A DNA stretch of 64,000 bases from Camelus ferus (Eukaryota), in contig NC_045696.1 in assembly GCF_009834535.1 (NCBI RefSeq), positions 30,940,001 to 31,004,000 of the forward strand, read 5' to 3'. The notes beneath the pieces are model-generated. The model made no database searches and had not been told where the DNA came from. It saw only the letters and a list, made by a program, of their open reading frames with translations. Below are positions 25,271 to 40,400 of the stretch, one piece after another; the first letter of the stretch is position 1; each line of letters begins with the position of its first letter. The position numbers were made by a program, and so were the translations under genes.

Positions 25271-28200
25271 TGGGAAAAATCAAGTGGTTATTAAATCTTA
25301 GAAATTCATTAGCAGGTAATGTTATGTGTACTTTGTTGACCTTGGATAACAAAGTTGTTTAATCCTGAAAATTCTGGTGCCCAGTTACTAATAAAAGTTT
25401 GGAGCAGGAGAAAAGCTTTCCTACAATGAGTTTAAAAGGTAATTTAAATCATTTTGCCACAGAGGAGAAACAGATTGAGGCTAGAAATAGCAAGTGATAG
25501 TAGTGTAGATCATATGACTACTCAAGGTCTAGGGAATTGATTTCAACTCTTAAAGCAACAGGACAATGTGAAACATGGCCAATAATAGCAGTTTAACCAT
25601 CCTATTTATTCTTTGTAAATAAATATATTCATCTATAATGTACATATTCATGCATCCAAAAAGTGTATACTGGATTCCTATGATGTGCCAAACATTATGA
25701 TAAGTTTACAAAAAATTTATAACAACTTATACATGGATTTATTTTAAATATTAAATTGTAGGTTTTTCCCAACTAACATGATAAAATCTTAAGTTCAAAT
25801 ACATTTTGATATTAGGATATATCCCATCTTAAGTGTATATAATAAAATTAATGATTTTAAAGTAATATATGAGCTAAAGGATGCCATATCAATAACAAGT
25901 AAAATGTGTAAGTTAAAATATATAATTGGGACAGATGTTAATTTAGAGCTAAATGGTTAAAGAAAGATACCATTTTGTTTTTCAACGCTGATTAGTTATT
26001 ACTGTTATTTCTTAAATTTTCCAAATTTTAAATCACAATATATATGTGACTGAATGAATAATATATGAGTGAATGAATCATATATACATGTATATTTGAA
26101 ATAGGGTTGCTTTATGGAACAATTATAGGATATATATGAATATGTATGTACATATACATATTTCTTAGAGATTCAATTATTCACATAAAGTCATGTAATC
26201 ATTGGAGTTTTATACTGTTTTCTGGTGATATTCTTAAAAAAAAATCCTGAATTATTTCATGAAAATAGCTATTGGTTAAAATAAAGGTTCTAATAATGTA
26301 ATTTAGTATCAGTCATATATAAACTCACCATGATCTTTAGGTGTTATATGATTATGCATTTGAAAGTGTACTCATGCTTATTACTACTGAATACAAAAAT
26401 TTATTTCTATATATTTTCTAACCTTCATACACTGCAATTAGAAACCTAGAACCTTCATTTGAGGGAGCACCAAAGAAAAACATTAAAAATTAACCTTAAT
26501 CTGACCACAGCATTTATCTAAATGAAAAATCCCTAATAGGTCCACTCACAATGGCTAAACTACATGTATTACTAAGAATGTATTTTAAAGGATTAAATTA
26601 TTCAAACAGAAGTACATCACATAAAATATTCTTAATTTTACAATAAAACTAATGCTTAGGTTTTTTTTCCTCCTCAAATGCAATAAATAATTTTCACTCT
26701 AGATATTTTAAAACTTCTTATTAAAGTCAAATTCCATTTACCATTATAAATTATTTAAAAATTATTTTATCATACTATTTATTATTATTACAGGTTTTAC
26801 CTTAAGAATTTTAATTTAAAAGATTTTATTCTTAAAATGATGCATATCTCTATGTCACAAAAGTCCAACATACTGTAAAGCAGGCTGATTTTAACTGGGA
26901 CTGAATGGTTCAAAACCTCCAGTCAGCTCAGCCAGGGTCAAATAACCATATTGGCTAACTGTATTGGATGAATGAATCAAGTAAAGTTCAGAGAGTTAGT
27001 TTGATTAAAATGAATTGTCTACCACAAAGGCCACTGATTTTCTCAATGGTTGCTGATACACTTTCTGAAAAAAATTAAACTTTACAATCTGTATCTGCAA
27101 AATTTGTCTCAGACAATGAGGAACACTAATTATAAAGGGAAATTTAACTTTTTTGATCATCATTGACAGAATTGTGACCATTTTATTAAAAGTGTATCTT
27201 ACTTTGCATCATACATGTATGTTTTATACATATATATTTGTATGTTTTTCTATTAATCTGTGAAACCTTTGAAAAGAGATGCTCTTCTCACATCTGCATC
27301 ATGTCTGAAAGAAATTAACAATCTAGAGAATATCAGTTTAATTTATAATGGTGAACAGATAAATATCACAAGAAATATATTGGAAAGGAACTGAATATTC
27401 ATAGCTTATTAAAGTCTATAGATAGATAAAATTTCTTAGAAAGTATATACATAAAGTAGCTGGGGCTGTGTTTAACTCTGAAATATGGGGAAACACCAGC
27501 CACATCTATGCAAATAGTTCATTCTACTAAGTTATTTAATTTAATTGAAATGTAGAATTATGGGTTATAAGACAAATTTGACCACCATCTTCCAATAGAA
27601 CTTTGCTGAAAACACCAAAGTAATATAAAAATGTGGAGACATGCATCCCTGATAGAAATTAGGGAAATATGTCTATCACAATAGGGATATTTTAAAACTT
27701 TGTTGCTAGATATAACGTAGAAGGTCCACAGCAATTCTCCCTCCAAAGTAAGTAACTCAGTGTTGCAATGATACAAGTAGCAGAACCAAAGAGCAAACTC
27801 TAGAATCAAGGGTGACCACGCAACTGAACATTCCATGTGGCAGTGCATTCCTGAAGTGATTCAAGAAGCACCAGTAGGGACCAGTACATCCACCATAGAA
27901 GTGAAATCTGTAGAACTTCTGCTTTTAGGAGAGGACTCAGTCATGAATCAATTAATGGCAGCTATGGATGGAAAGGAAAGTTGACACAGATCTAAGAAGT
28001 ACTGGACTGAGAGTCAAACATAATACTGAATACAGAAATTTAGCTTTGAGTATGTTGACTTTCTTAAATCTACAGAAACTCCACAAAAAACTGGGTTTGC
28101 CTATGACTATTTTTTTCCCTTAGGCGTACAGATCACTAAATTGTTAATATAAACTTACATGAACCAGCCATCCAATTTATGTTCCAGAAAAAAGGATTTA

Positions 28201-28329
28201 AGTACTATATTGGAAGACAAGAAATATATATGCATAGGATTTTTGAGCAAATGTCACAAATGAATAAACCAATATTCATTCAAAGATAAGTAAAGAAATA
28301 GAAACAAAAATATTGAGAGTCAGTACAGC

Positions 28330-28560
28330 TTCTTGTTTAATCAGATTTGATTTTGAAATATAGGCTTGGGTTGTGTTCCAGCATGGTCACACTGTTGCTG
28401 AGCATGACCATCCAAATACTCAAAGTTTCTTATAGTTTTAATATACAAAATTAAAATAATAGAAAATATTATGTTATTGTTGTGATAGTTGATTTAATAA
28501 TAAGCAGCATGTATCACAAAACCTAAGATATAAAAGAACCACAATATATATTTGCTTATT
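28330..28560 (+). mobile_element. MIR (degenerate)
   Basis: 'ggcttgggttgtgttccagc...ttgttgtgatagtt'. Confidence 0.45.
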
Positions 28561-28879
28561 AATGGAGCTCCTTTAAATCCACTACAATCTAAGCTTACAT
28601 AAAGTTTTAAGCTCAAATATCACATTAAATTTCTATTCATAATTTAGAGAAAAAGTATAATAACAAATTTTCTCAATTTTTGAAGTATGTTTTTGACAAT
28701 ATTTGCACCAATAAGTTCAAGAAAATGTGGATTGTTTAATACAGCTTAAACTATGAGATGATGGAGCACAATATTTAGGAAATAAGCACTAATCAAGTTA
28801 AGAAGAAGATACAAAAAAACTTAAATACAATATAAGAAAAATTTTAAAGCTACCAATTTTTACTTTCAAACAGGCAATG

Positions 28880-31800
28880 ACCTTCAAAAATGACTATAGC
28901 TAGGAGTAACATCCATGCTGCAACAAGTTTATCTTCCTCCATAAAAACACTGAAAAACTAGTGTAAACTATTGAAACCAATTTTATCAGAAATTTGGAAA
29001 ACAATCAAAGATTTATGGGAAAGATTATAGCTCATCAAGAAAAAGGCATCTTAAATATCATAAGAAAGCTTTGCAGCACATTGTATGCCCTATTCCCACC
29101 CATTTCCTTGGCTTATTGGAAGTCTGGAAGATGGCAACCCATGTTTCCAGTATGGGAACCTAGTCCCTGCTTCTGGAGACAACAAGTAAACCTTACTCCC
29201 AGATTATTATGTATGCCTGTTCTAACCTATTTAGGATCTGCCTGAAGGACTTATAAGATGCTCATTTCTGTTTTGATTAACGTAGAACTCACTCAGTCCA
29301 CAGAAGGCATACAACACAAGGCATATGAATAACCTGAAGAAACCTGGGGTTAACAGATCACAGTTGAGACATACAATAGATAATCTATGACCTGGAAGGA
29401 AAAGCTAGACAGAGTTTATTTGGGAATTTAGGGCATTCAAAAGAACCCATGTCTACAGAAGAATGTTGAAATCCACACACTTTCTCAGAGCAACACACAA
29501 GGTCAGAAAAATCCTGAGAAGACCCTAAGTTTTTTACCTTAGGCTGATCCCTAGGCTCAAGGCAAGTCTGGTTAAATGCTGAAGGAGGCTTCCAGTGCAG
29601 ATTCAATCTGCAAAGACTGAGAAAAGTTTGTTTGTTTGTTTAGCCCCTGGTGTTCAAGGAAATCTCTGTCAAAACACTAACTGAACACAAGCTAAGGAAC
29701 AGACACTTCAAGTGAGCCCATTCAATAAGAAATATAATCTCTGATAAAATAGAGAAGCCACAAAATAAATGGGCAACTCTAGCCTTCAACAACCAAATTT
29801 AAAAAATAGAAAAGCTGGGAAGGGGAAAATCTGACTTCCATAGATACCCACTATAATAGTGACTAGTTTTCAACAAAATATCAAATAGTATATTAAGAAA
29901 CAAGAATACATGTCCCACTCACAGGAAAAATAAATTATATAAAAATTATTCTGAGGAAGCCCAGAAAATACACTTACTAGAAAAGACTTTAGATCAGCTG
30001 TTTCACATATGCTCAAAGCATTAATATAAATCATGGGGAAAGAGCTAAAGGAAACCAGGAGTACAATGCATAAACAATAGAAAATATTAAAAATGAGAAA
30101 TAGATTATAAAAAGAAAACAAATAGAAATTCTGGGGTTAAAGAGTGTATTAACTGAAATAAAGGATTCACTAGAGAGGTTCAACATCAGATTTGATCAAA
30201 CAGAAGGCAGAATCAGAAAACTGGAAGATAGAACACTTGAAATTTCTCTGAGAAGAAAAAAACAATGAATAGATATGATCATAGCCTCAGGTGCTGCAAG
30301 ACATCAAGCAAACCAATTTATGCATCATGGGAGTCCCAGAAAGAGAAGAGAGAGAAAAGGCCAAAAAGCATATTTGAAGACTAAAGGCCCCAAACTTCCC
30401 AAATTTGCTGTAAAATATGAATCTATACTCCAAGAATTTCAATAAACCGAAAGGTTAATCAAAGGAATCCACACTGAAACATATTATAATCAAACTGTTG
30501 AAAGGAAGAGACAAAGAGAGAATCTTTAAAGCAGCAAGAGAGAAGTGTCTCATTATATACAAAAGATCCTCTATAACATTAACACCCAATTTCTTGTAAG
30601 AAACCACAGATGCTAGAAGGCAGTGGGATGGCATATTTAAATGTCGAAAGAAAAATAAACAGCCAACAGAAAATTACATATCTGGTAAAAACTCTCCTTC
30701 ACAAATGATGGTGCTATTAAGACATTCCCATATTTTAAAAAAGGAAAAAAAAAAAAAAAAGCTGAAGGATGCTATTATCACTACACATGCCCTAAAAGAA
30801 ATGAAGATCTCTGGTAAAGGTTACTACTTGGATGAATACAAAACCTAATAATAACTATTAATTTTTGGTTTGTAACTCTACTTTTTATTTCCTACATGCT
30901 GTAAAAATGGCTAAATATTTTCATAAATCTCTTTTATGGAACACAGGGTAAAAGATGTAATTCATGACAATAATGACATAAGTAGGGGGAATATCTGTAT
31001 AAAAGCAGTTTTTGTATTTTATTAAAAGTAACTGGGTATCAAATCAAATTAGATAGTTGTAAATTTAGGATGTTAAATGTAAACTCCACAGAAACCTTAA
31101 GAAAATATTTTAAAAATATACACATAAAAGGGGAGCACAGAGTATTTTGGGGCTAGTTAAAGTACTCTCCATGATACCATAATAATGGATACATGTCATT
31201 TGTTCACACCCACAGAATGTACACCACCAATAGTAAATAATAATGTAATATATGGACTTCAGATGATTACGATGTGTCAGTGTAAGTTCATCAGTCGTAA
31301 CAAATATACTCTGGTGGGTGATGTTCATGATGAGGGAGGCTATGTATGTGTTGTGGCAGTATAGGAAATCTCTGCACCTTTCCTTTAATTTTGCTGCCAA
31401 TTTAAAACTTCTTTACAAACATAAAAATCTTAATAAGAAAGAGTATATGGTCTTGGAATTGGAAAAAATTCTGTACTTAGGTTGACATATATACAAAAGG
31501 AAACAAAAGAGAATCAAAAAGTTTCACTTAAAAAAAAAAAAAACCCAGAAGCAACTAAACACAGACAGAAAAAAGACATTAATGGAGGAAATTAGTAACA
31601 AAAGAGGCATTATAAACACACACACACACAAATATAAAAATTTTGTTAGTTATTCCTTTTAATGTAAAAGGATTGAAATCTCCAATCAAAAGGTTGAAAT
31701 TGGAAGAAAGCATAAAAATAACATGATTCAACTATATGCTATCTACATAGGATTCACTGTAGATTCAAAGACACAAGTAGGATGAAGGTGAAAGATGGAA

Positions 31801-33460
31801 AAAGATACTCCATGCAAATAGTAACCAAAAGAAAGCTGATAGCTGTAATAATATCAGACACAAGAGACTGTATGTCAAAAGCTGTTAAAAGAAATAAAGA
31901 AGGACATTACATATGATTAAAGACTCAATTCAAGAATAGGAGAAAAAAGATTCAATTCAAGAATAGGAAAAAACAATTATAAACATTTATGTAGCAGACA
32001 AGAGTCTCAAAATATATGAAGCAAACATTTACAAAAAGGTAAAGGGAGAAAAAAAACAGTTCTACATTAACAGTTGGAAACTTCAATTCAACACTTTCAA
32101 TAATGGATAGAAGATCCACACAGAATATCAATAAAAATAGAGGACTGAATAACTCTCTAAACCAACTAGATCTAATAAACATATATAGAACATTCCATCC
32201 ATTCTTCTCAGGTGCATATGAAGCATTATCCAGGATAAACCATGTCTCATTAAAGTTAAAAAGATTGCAATTATACAAAGTATCTTCTCCTACTACAATG
32301 GAATGGACTTACAAATGAACAATGGAAGGAAAATGCTAAAATTCACAAATAAATGGAAATTAAGCCACAAACTCTTAATCAAAAAGCCAAATAATGATTA
32401 CAACAAAAATTAGAAAATACTTCTAGACAGCTGAAAACAAAAACACACCATACCAAAACTTATGGAATGGAGTAGAATCAGTGCTCAGAGAAATGCTTAT
32501 AGTGGGAAACACCTTCATTAAAAAAAGAAGAAGGGTCTCAAATCAATAACCTAGCTTTATACTTAGAAGAAATAAGGGGAAAAAAGAGCAGACTAAACCC
32601 AAAGCTAGCAGTAGGATGGAAATAATAAAAATATGAGCAGAGGTAAATGAAATAAAGATTAGAGAAACAATGGAGAGATTTAATAAAACCAAAAGTTGGT
32701 TATTGAAAAAGATTTTTTAATTAACATACTAACAAAGAAAAAAGAAGTCATAACTAAAATCTGAAATAAAAATGGGGACATTACTACTGATCTTACAGAA
32801 GTAAAAACTTTATAATAGAATACAATGAACAATTGTACACTAGCAAATTAGTCTATGAGCAATGTACAAATCCTTTGAAACACAAGTTACCTAAAGCGAC
32901 TCAAGAAGAAATATAATGTCTCAACAGAAGAACAACAAAGAGAATGGACTAGTAAACAAAAAACTCTCAACAAAGAATAGTCCAGTATCAGATGTCCTCA
33001 ATGTGAATCCTTTCAAAAGTTAATGATTAGCTAATCCCAATAGATCTCAAACTCTTCCAAAAAGATTGAAGAGGAGAAAACACATCCTAACACATTCTGT
33101 GAGGAAAAACAACACAAGAAAGAAATTTCAGACCAATTTTCTTAATGAATATAGATGTAAAAATCTACCAAATTCATCATATTGAGTCCAACAGTATATT
33201 AAAAGGATATTCCACCATTATAAGGTGAAATTTATTACAGAAATACAATAGCAGTTCAACATAAGAAATCAATCAATATAATGCACCATATTAATAGAAA
33301 ATAACAAAAGGGAACCTTACAGTTGATGCACAAAAAATTTGACAAAATTCATTTTCAGGATAAAAATACTCAGTAAACTAAAAATGGAATGGATCTTCCA
33401 GAACATAACAAAGGTATAATTGGAAAAAAAAAAAAACACAGCTAACATCATACTCAAGGA
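28880..33460 (+). mobile_element. Large L1 fragment: 5'UTR, decayed ORF1 (about 29870-30800), ORF2 endonuclease and start of RT
   Basis: ORF1 phrase 'atcatgggagtcccagaaagagaagagagag'; endonuclease start FNVKGLKSPIKR at 31658; ORF 32103-32318 (LNQLDLINIYRTFHP) is L1 EN; many stops and frameshifts. Confidence 0.93.
31128..31440 (+). mobile_element. L1MC-type 3' end nested in the larger L1
   Basis: 'ggatacatgtcatt...cccacagaatgtacaccacca...atggacttcagatgattacgatgtgtcagtgtaagttcatc...ggaaatctctgcacctttcc'. Confidence 0.8.
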
Positions 33461-33512
33461 TGAGATTTTCTGAATTGCTAATAGAATTACTTTCTAACAG
33501 GCAAAGCCATAC

Positions 33513-34112
33513 CTGTAGTAGATGCTATGACTTCCGTAACAAAACTACTGCAAACTGGGTGGCTTATACAAGAGAAGTCTGTCGTCTCAGAGTTCTGGAG
33601 GTTAGAGGTGCCACATGAAGGTGTTGGCTAATTCTGAGGGCATTGAGAGAGAAATTTTTCCATGCTTTTCATGTAGCTTATCTTATTTTTTGTCAATCTT
33701 TGCTGTTCTTTGTTATACAAAAGCATCATCCCCATCTCTACTTTCATTTTCACATGACATTCTCCCTGGGTGCACGTCTTCATCCAAATTTCTGCTTTGT
33801 ATAACAACATTAGTTATATTGGATTAGGAGCTCACTCTACTCCAGTATGATCCTATCCTAAATAACTAAACACAAAATGACACTATTTCTAAAGAAGGTC
33901 ACAGTCAAAGGAACTGGGGTGGGGTGGGGGGTGGGACAGGACATCAACATATAATCCTGGGAGGACACAATTTAACAGGTTGGAATCTTCCCTCTGCCCC
34001 TATCTATGTTCTTCCCATGTCCAAAGTGCATTTCCCTCATCCCAACATCAACAAAGGTCTTACGCATCCCAGCATCAACTCTGAGTCCCAAATCTTATCT
34101 GAATATCTTTAA
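33513..34112 (-). mobile_element. MLT1B/C LTR plus adjoining MLT1-internal stub
   Basis: 'aaactgggtggctta...cagagttctggaggttagagg...ctctactccagtatga...aaggtcaca...ggaggacacaattt', then internal-like 'catcccagcatcaactctgagtcccaaatcttatc'. Confidence 0.85.
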
Positions 34113-36942
34113 TTCACTGACCATGGGAAGTAGAATGTGATACAAGAGAGTACAATTACATTCTCTTTCCTGAAAACTTTAACCGTGAGTTGAGACTTCA
34201 GAAACAGAAGGCAACTAAAACTGGGTTGTCTAATGGCAGAGCACTAACAAGACTTTCCACACATATTATTGGCTGAGATCAATGGTCATGGCTTACTTCA
34301 GACTTTTCCTGAGATGAGATATACCAGAACTTTATTCAGTCTCTTTGTTATTCAATGTCCTCTTGATAAACTACTTATTTTTGTTTCATTTAGTAAGCAG
34401 ATATTTTTGTTGTCTGAGATTGAAGAATCGTGGGAACATAAAACTAAGGAGAAAAGTAATAAGGAAAAATAAAATACAGATTTTCCCAAAAGTAAAAAAT
34501 AGATTTAATATTATATTTTTATTGATGAGTAAATAGGATTAATAAACAATAGAATCACAGTAAAGGCTCAAGAATAGCAAGAAATTTATACAGTTAAAAT
34601 ATTAACTGAAATTGCAAGCATCTTTTATTATAATTTTAATAAATTATATTTATATCTATGTATACCATTTTTATACCTGATTTCAAAGTAAGCTAAATCA
34701 GAGCTCAAAAACTGTGGTTAATAATGAATAAACCATTGACATGTATTTATCAATATGCCATACTAATGTTGAAATATTGGTATTGGCTTCATCACATTAA
34801 GATTATCTCATAAAATCAATTTTTGTCAAATAAACATAATGTTGGTATATAATGCTTAAAAGAACCGCCTGATGATCTACAATCTGAATTATTTCAATAG
34901 CATTTTTTATTGAATTAAGGTTCTTGCATTCTAAGCAAAACTGGAAAATAGAGTGTATATGTAGGTTTAATTGAGGGAATGCTTTTCATGAATAGAAACC
35001 TATCTTGAAGTAACTAGCCTTTGATGGTAATAATAAGGTTTATTATGGATAAAATAAACAGATTGATGGCCATGATGATCTTTGTTAAAATTACTGATGA
35101 TTTTTACAACGTGCCTGAATTCTACTATGTCGTTTATGTATTTAATTTTATTTAATTATTATAAAAATGCTACAAGGTGGAAATCAATTTTTGGAGAACT
35201 TAAGTACAGGCCAAAAAACCATAAAGCCTTGCCAGGATTTAATTCCACAAGAGATGAGTAGAGGTCCTTTGTCTCCCTTTCTAAAATAATGCTTCATCTT
35301 CTAAACTGGTCTTATTTATGTAGACAGAGCCATGAAGATTAAGACATGGGCAAGGAAGCCAGCTTGAATTTTTATAGATTTGCTTTAGTTAGATCCTAAA
35401 AGTTCAGTGTGATGATTTTCATTTAACTCAGAAATGTAACACAGTAGGCAAGCTACTGAATTTTGCATGAGCTAAAGCATATTTTTGCTCTCCTAAGCCA
35501 TACCTGTGCATATAGTTAAGTTTTCAGGTAATTACTTCCAGGTGCTTGCCTATAGGAATTCATTGCAATGAAATGAAATCAGAGTAGTAAACTCATCAGC
35601 AAAAATTAACCCATAGGCACGTTACAGAGACACGTATATTTAAATGGCATCAGTATTATAATTTGTGGATTCTAGATGTTTATGTTCATGATGAAGACAA
35701 TCTCCTCCTAGGTAATTAGGAGGATCTACATACAACTAGGTATGTTTGCCGTTACCTTAAGCTCATTAGATTATTGTACATGCCTAATTTTTAAATGGGG
35801 CATTTAGATTTTTACCATTAACCACAGAGAAACCCTTACAATTTGATTGTCCCATTGTTACAGTTAAGTAAAACACAATGCAGCTTTCTTTTTATTATTT
35901 CTTCTCATTATTTACAATTGTATCAGGGGACTTTGAATATTAAAATTAATTTTAGTGAAGAAAACTAAAATACTTTCTACAAACTTTTTATTGTGGCATT
36001 TTCTTTTCATAAAGAAATTCTGTCTTAGGTCACTGAGTTGCCTTCAAATCATGTATAAGAAAGATAAAGTTCCATCCATTTCAAATAATTAGCTGTGGTA
36101 CTTAGTATTGTTACATTTGTAAATGTTGAAATAAAATCATGACTCTTGGAAGATGATACTAAATTAAATATAAATAAATGATAAAACTGAGATGATTCCT
36201 GCTATGATAAAGATTGACTTTCCCCAACATGCAGACTGAAATTAGAGTACTCATATCAGAATAATATCTTGAAATTAAAGTTGATGTACACAGATAAAAA
36301 GACGCTATCAAACATAAAACTCTGAGGATTCAAGAGATTACAAAGACCTTAAACTACCATTTATATTAAGATAAAGTAAATAATTTTCATTCATGTCAGC
36401 TTTTAAGTAAATAATTATGAAAGAGTATGTAAATAAGAAGAAAATAAAATTATATATCTTTGTGTTTATATATCTGTAACAACTGAAAACATTTTTTGTC
36501 AAATATTTCAGAGTTATATTTTTATTCAAATTACAAAGTTCTTATGAAATAGTATTACTGAGCAACACTCGAGGAAGACGGAAAATTCAGTGGAGATGCT
36601 TATTTACATTTTTCCTAGCTCTCTCATTTCTGCTTAACATGCAGTAAGGAGCACTAAAAAGGATGAGGAGTGATGGATGAAACCAAATCCCTCCAGAAAA
36701 CTTAAAGAGAAAGACAACTACATGCTAAAAAGACAAATGATCCTCAAATTTACTCTTGTATTAAAAATAGCCTGTGAATTAATAAATTATCTCCAGGAAA
36801 AAGCAGTATTTCCTAAATATCAAAGAGGTGAGAGATTAGATGAGTTTAGTTACTGAATTACATTAGATATGGGGAAAAATATTTTCAATCCACCACTGCC
36901 TATGAGAAGTATATCACGTATCAGAGACCACCTCAAGTGTAC

Positions 36943-36973
36943 CTGGTAATCTTTATTATACATTTGGTGGCTA
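36943..36973 (-). other. Candidate 31-nt exon (NAGNAG acceptor)
   Basis: tcttttttcctaaaacag|TAGCCACC...ATTACCAG|gtacac; reads ATKCIIKIT(R) and is phase-compatible with the 23392 exon. Confidence 0.2.
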
Positions 36974-37449
36974 CTGTTTTAGGAAAAAAGATTGAGGTCA
37001 CAATAGAGACAACACGATTTTGGGTAATGTGAGTATCATTTAAGCAAAAGCTGTCCAAAACTCAGCATAACAATAGATGTTGTTGTTTTGTTTTAATGAG
37101 CACTTGAAAGTAGAACAACTGGTAAACCTCTGTTTCAGATTTTGGGTGCATGTGTTCACCAGCATGGCTTTGCCTTGAACATCAGTTTTGATAATAAGTT
37201 GGGACATCCTTGTTCTGTGTGACCCTCACTCTCTGGAATCAGTACAACATATGAGAAATGTTCTTACCATGTCTATGTTAAAGTTTAAGAAACAAATAGG
37301 AACATACAATGCTCTTTAAAGACATAGTTTCAGAACTAACAATCTGTCACTTCACTCACAAGCAACTGGACGAAATAAGTCAAATGGCCAATCCTTATAT
37401 CACAAATATAAGGATATACATTATCTGTCTTATTAAAAGGCACTTTAAT

Positions 37450-40400
37450 CACATGAAAAATAACCTAAATACAGGGAAAGATTTGGTATAAAAAAAACAA
37501 TCCACCAACTATAACTTGCCAAACTTTAGTGAAATCAAGACACTACAAATAAGAGACACAGAAAGCAGGAAGAAGAAATTTAAACTCCAAAGATAGCAGA
37601 TGGATGCTGTATGTGTCAGTTTCAGAAAGTAGAATTATTATTTATAAAATGTTTTTTAAATTAATGAATGAAACTACAAATCTAAGTTTATAAACTATCT
37701 CCAGTGATGAGTCAGATTTGAAAAAGCAAACAAATAGATTTCTAGAAGCCCATTATATAATTGTTGATAAAAGTCAATGGATGGGTGAAAAATCTGAAGA
37801 GAGAATTAATGATATGGAATAAATATATAAAAAATTCATTCTTAAAGTGGCCTAAACATACAAGAATATCAAAAATAAAAAGAGAGGTTAAAAATAAAGA
37901 AGAATGAATCAGAAGGGTCATCATACATCCAACTGGGGGACAAAAAGTAAAAGAAAATAGTGATAAAATGGTGAGAAATCCCAAAGAAGAAATAGTATGG
38001 ATTATCCAGAACTGATTAAAAACATGATTCTACAGATCCAAGGGAAGTATCATATCAAAGGCAGAATAGAATAAATAGTATTCGCACATCTCTGTTTTCT
38101 GAGTCTTCTGAAACTAAAAGTCATTTGAGACAGAGAAGATTTTGAAATCAGAGGGAAAGACTTAATTAGTTACAAAGTTGATCATTACAGTGACAAAATG
38201 TGGAGCAGTAACAACAACAAATGGAAGCCAAAAGTAATGGAATAAGATTTACAAAGTGAGGACATAAAAAAATTAACTTATAATTATTTAGCCAGCAAAA
38301 TTATCTTTCATATATAAATGCAATTTATTGTGGATAGATGGGAAGATTCAGTTATATAAGATGAATAAGATCTAGAAACCAGCTGTGCAACATCGTGGCT
38401 AGAGTTAACAATACTGTACTGTACACTTAAATTTTAGATAAGTCAATAAAATTCATGTTAAGTGTTCTTACCACAAAGAAAATATATGCAATATAAAACA
38501 TTTATAATACATACTACCACTGAGGATTTCTGCTATAAATGGACTGCTAAAGGACATACATCAAGAAAAAGGACATATTCCCCAAATGGTGTAAGATACA
38601 AAAGGATATAATTTTAAATGTATTTGTTTGGTCAATTTCTGTTTGCTTTTGATTTTTGCTTTTAAATTGTATTAGAAGTTAGTAACTAACTGATGAAGGC
38701 AATCTGTTGATGGTTAAAAAAGAAACAAGGTCAGAATCAAAAGATTCAACTATGTGTATGTGTGTGTGTGTGTGTGTGTGTCTGTATGAAAGACTGGAGC
38801 AGAGTCACTTTCATAAGTTAATTATCCATAATAGGTATTGTGACTTTCCTCTTATGGAGGACCGACTCCTCCATAAATATCATCTATAATGTCTGGACAT
38901 AATAGAAAAAGTAACCATCTGACGGCAGTAGAGAATAAAGAGGAGGAGTTGTATTTTGTAGGGATTTCACTTTCAGGGAAGAAGGCATATAAAAAAGAAG
39001 TGTCCCTTTCCATTGTAAGATGGAAGAAGTTACAGAAGTTGCAGAGTGAAGGGATAGAAAAACTGCAAGCTTCCTGTCCATGTGAATCAGAGTACTGATC
39101 TGGAGCAACGATGGCCACTGGCAATGAAAGAGCAGACAAAAATAGAAAGAGTTAGAGAGGAGGTCTTGTGTACTGTCTGACACACGTTGACTGATCCCTG
39201 AAGCACACATGTGAAGAGAAGACTCAATAAACCTCAGCTAAAGGTAAAAAGATCTGAAGCTTGGTGATGCTTCACAATAAACAGTTTGTAGTTCATGTCC
39301 AACAAAGTTAATTGCCTGCTGAACAAAAATTACTAATTAGAAAAAAATTTTGGTATCTCAAAACATACAATTTTAAATGTGGGAAACACAATTCAAAATA
39401 ATCTGACATTCAAAGAATGAGGTAAATGGAATCCTTCCTAAAGAGAAAAGATGGTTAGTGTGAGCAACCCCATGATGATCTAAGTAAGGAGTAGAATGTA
39501 AAATAAAAATATTTTTTAAATTTTCTCTCAAGGATCTCTCAACAGAAAACTAAAACTATAAAATTAACTGAATGAAAATTCTTGAAATAAAAATATGAAA
39601 AAATGTATTACATAGACTTAACAACAGCCTTGTGATGTTGGAAGATAGCTGGTGAACTTAACGATAGCTCAACAGATGCTATCCAATCTGAGAAATAGAG
39701 AAAAAAATTGAAAAATACAATCAGAATCACAGAAGTGTGGGATATTATGAGAGTCTAACAAATGTTATCAGAGTTTTAGAAGAAAAGAAAAAAGAGACTA
39801 GGGAAGATAATAGTTTATTACATACTGAAAAATTAACTAATGTAATGTAAGGTATAAAGTATATATTTAGAAGTTCAAAAATACAAAAAATAAAATTTTT
39901 TTAAAGTTATGCCAGCTTAAAATTTGAGTCAAGTGCTTAAAAGTTAAAGGCCAAGCATCATTTAAAAGCAGCAACACAATAAATGCAGTTTTGACTATTA
40001 TAGGTACACACCTCTTATTACTCACTGATTTGACAAAGTTGGAGTACCAACACTATCTAATTTTAAGGTTAATTGTAAAACTGAAGTAATCAAAATACTG
40101 TGTTATTGATGTCAAGTTAGACAAATAGTCCAATGGAATAGAACAAAGTTAGGTAATAGAAAAACATATAATGGAAAACCAATTTTAAACTAGGTGCAAA
40201 CACCATTCAGTGGAGATTGGATAATTTTTTTTTAGCAGATGGTTTTGGGACAATTGGATATTCACATGCAAAATAAAAGAAGCCTGGATCCACTGTGTTG
40301 TAGCATTTATAGATATTTCCTCAAGTTTTATCATATACATAAAGGTAAACTTAAAACTATAAAACATCTAGAACAAAACATAGAGGAAAAGCTTTGTGAT

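Noticed and set aside
27781..27994. About 70 open codons on the plus strand (…MWQCIPEVIQEAPVG…)
   Set aside because: No recognisable homology or convincing splice context.
35756..35783. 28-nt minus exon candidate (MYNNLMSL)
   Set aside because: Acceptor lacks a pyrimidine tract; illustrates the chance rate of such matches.
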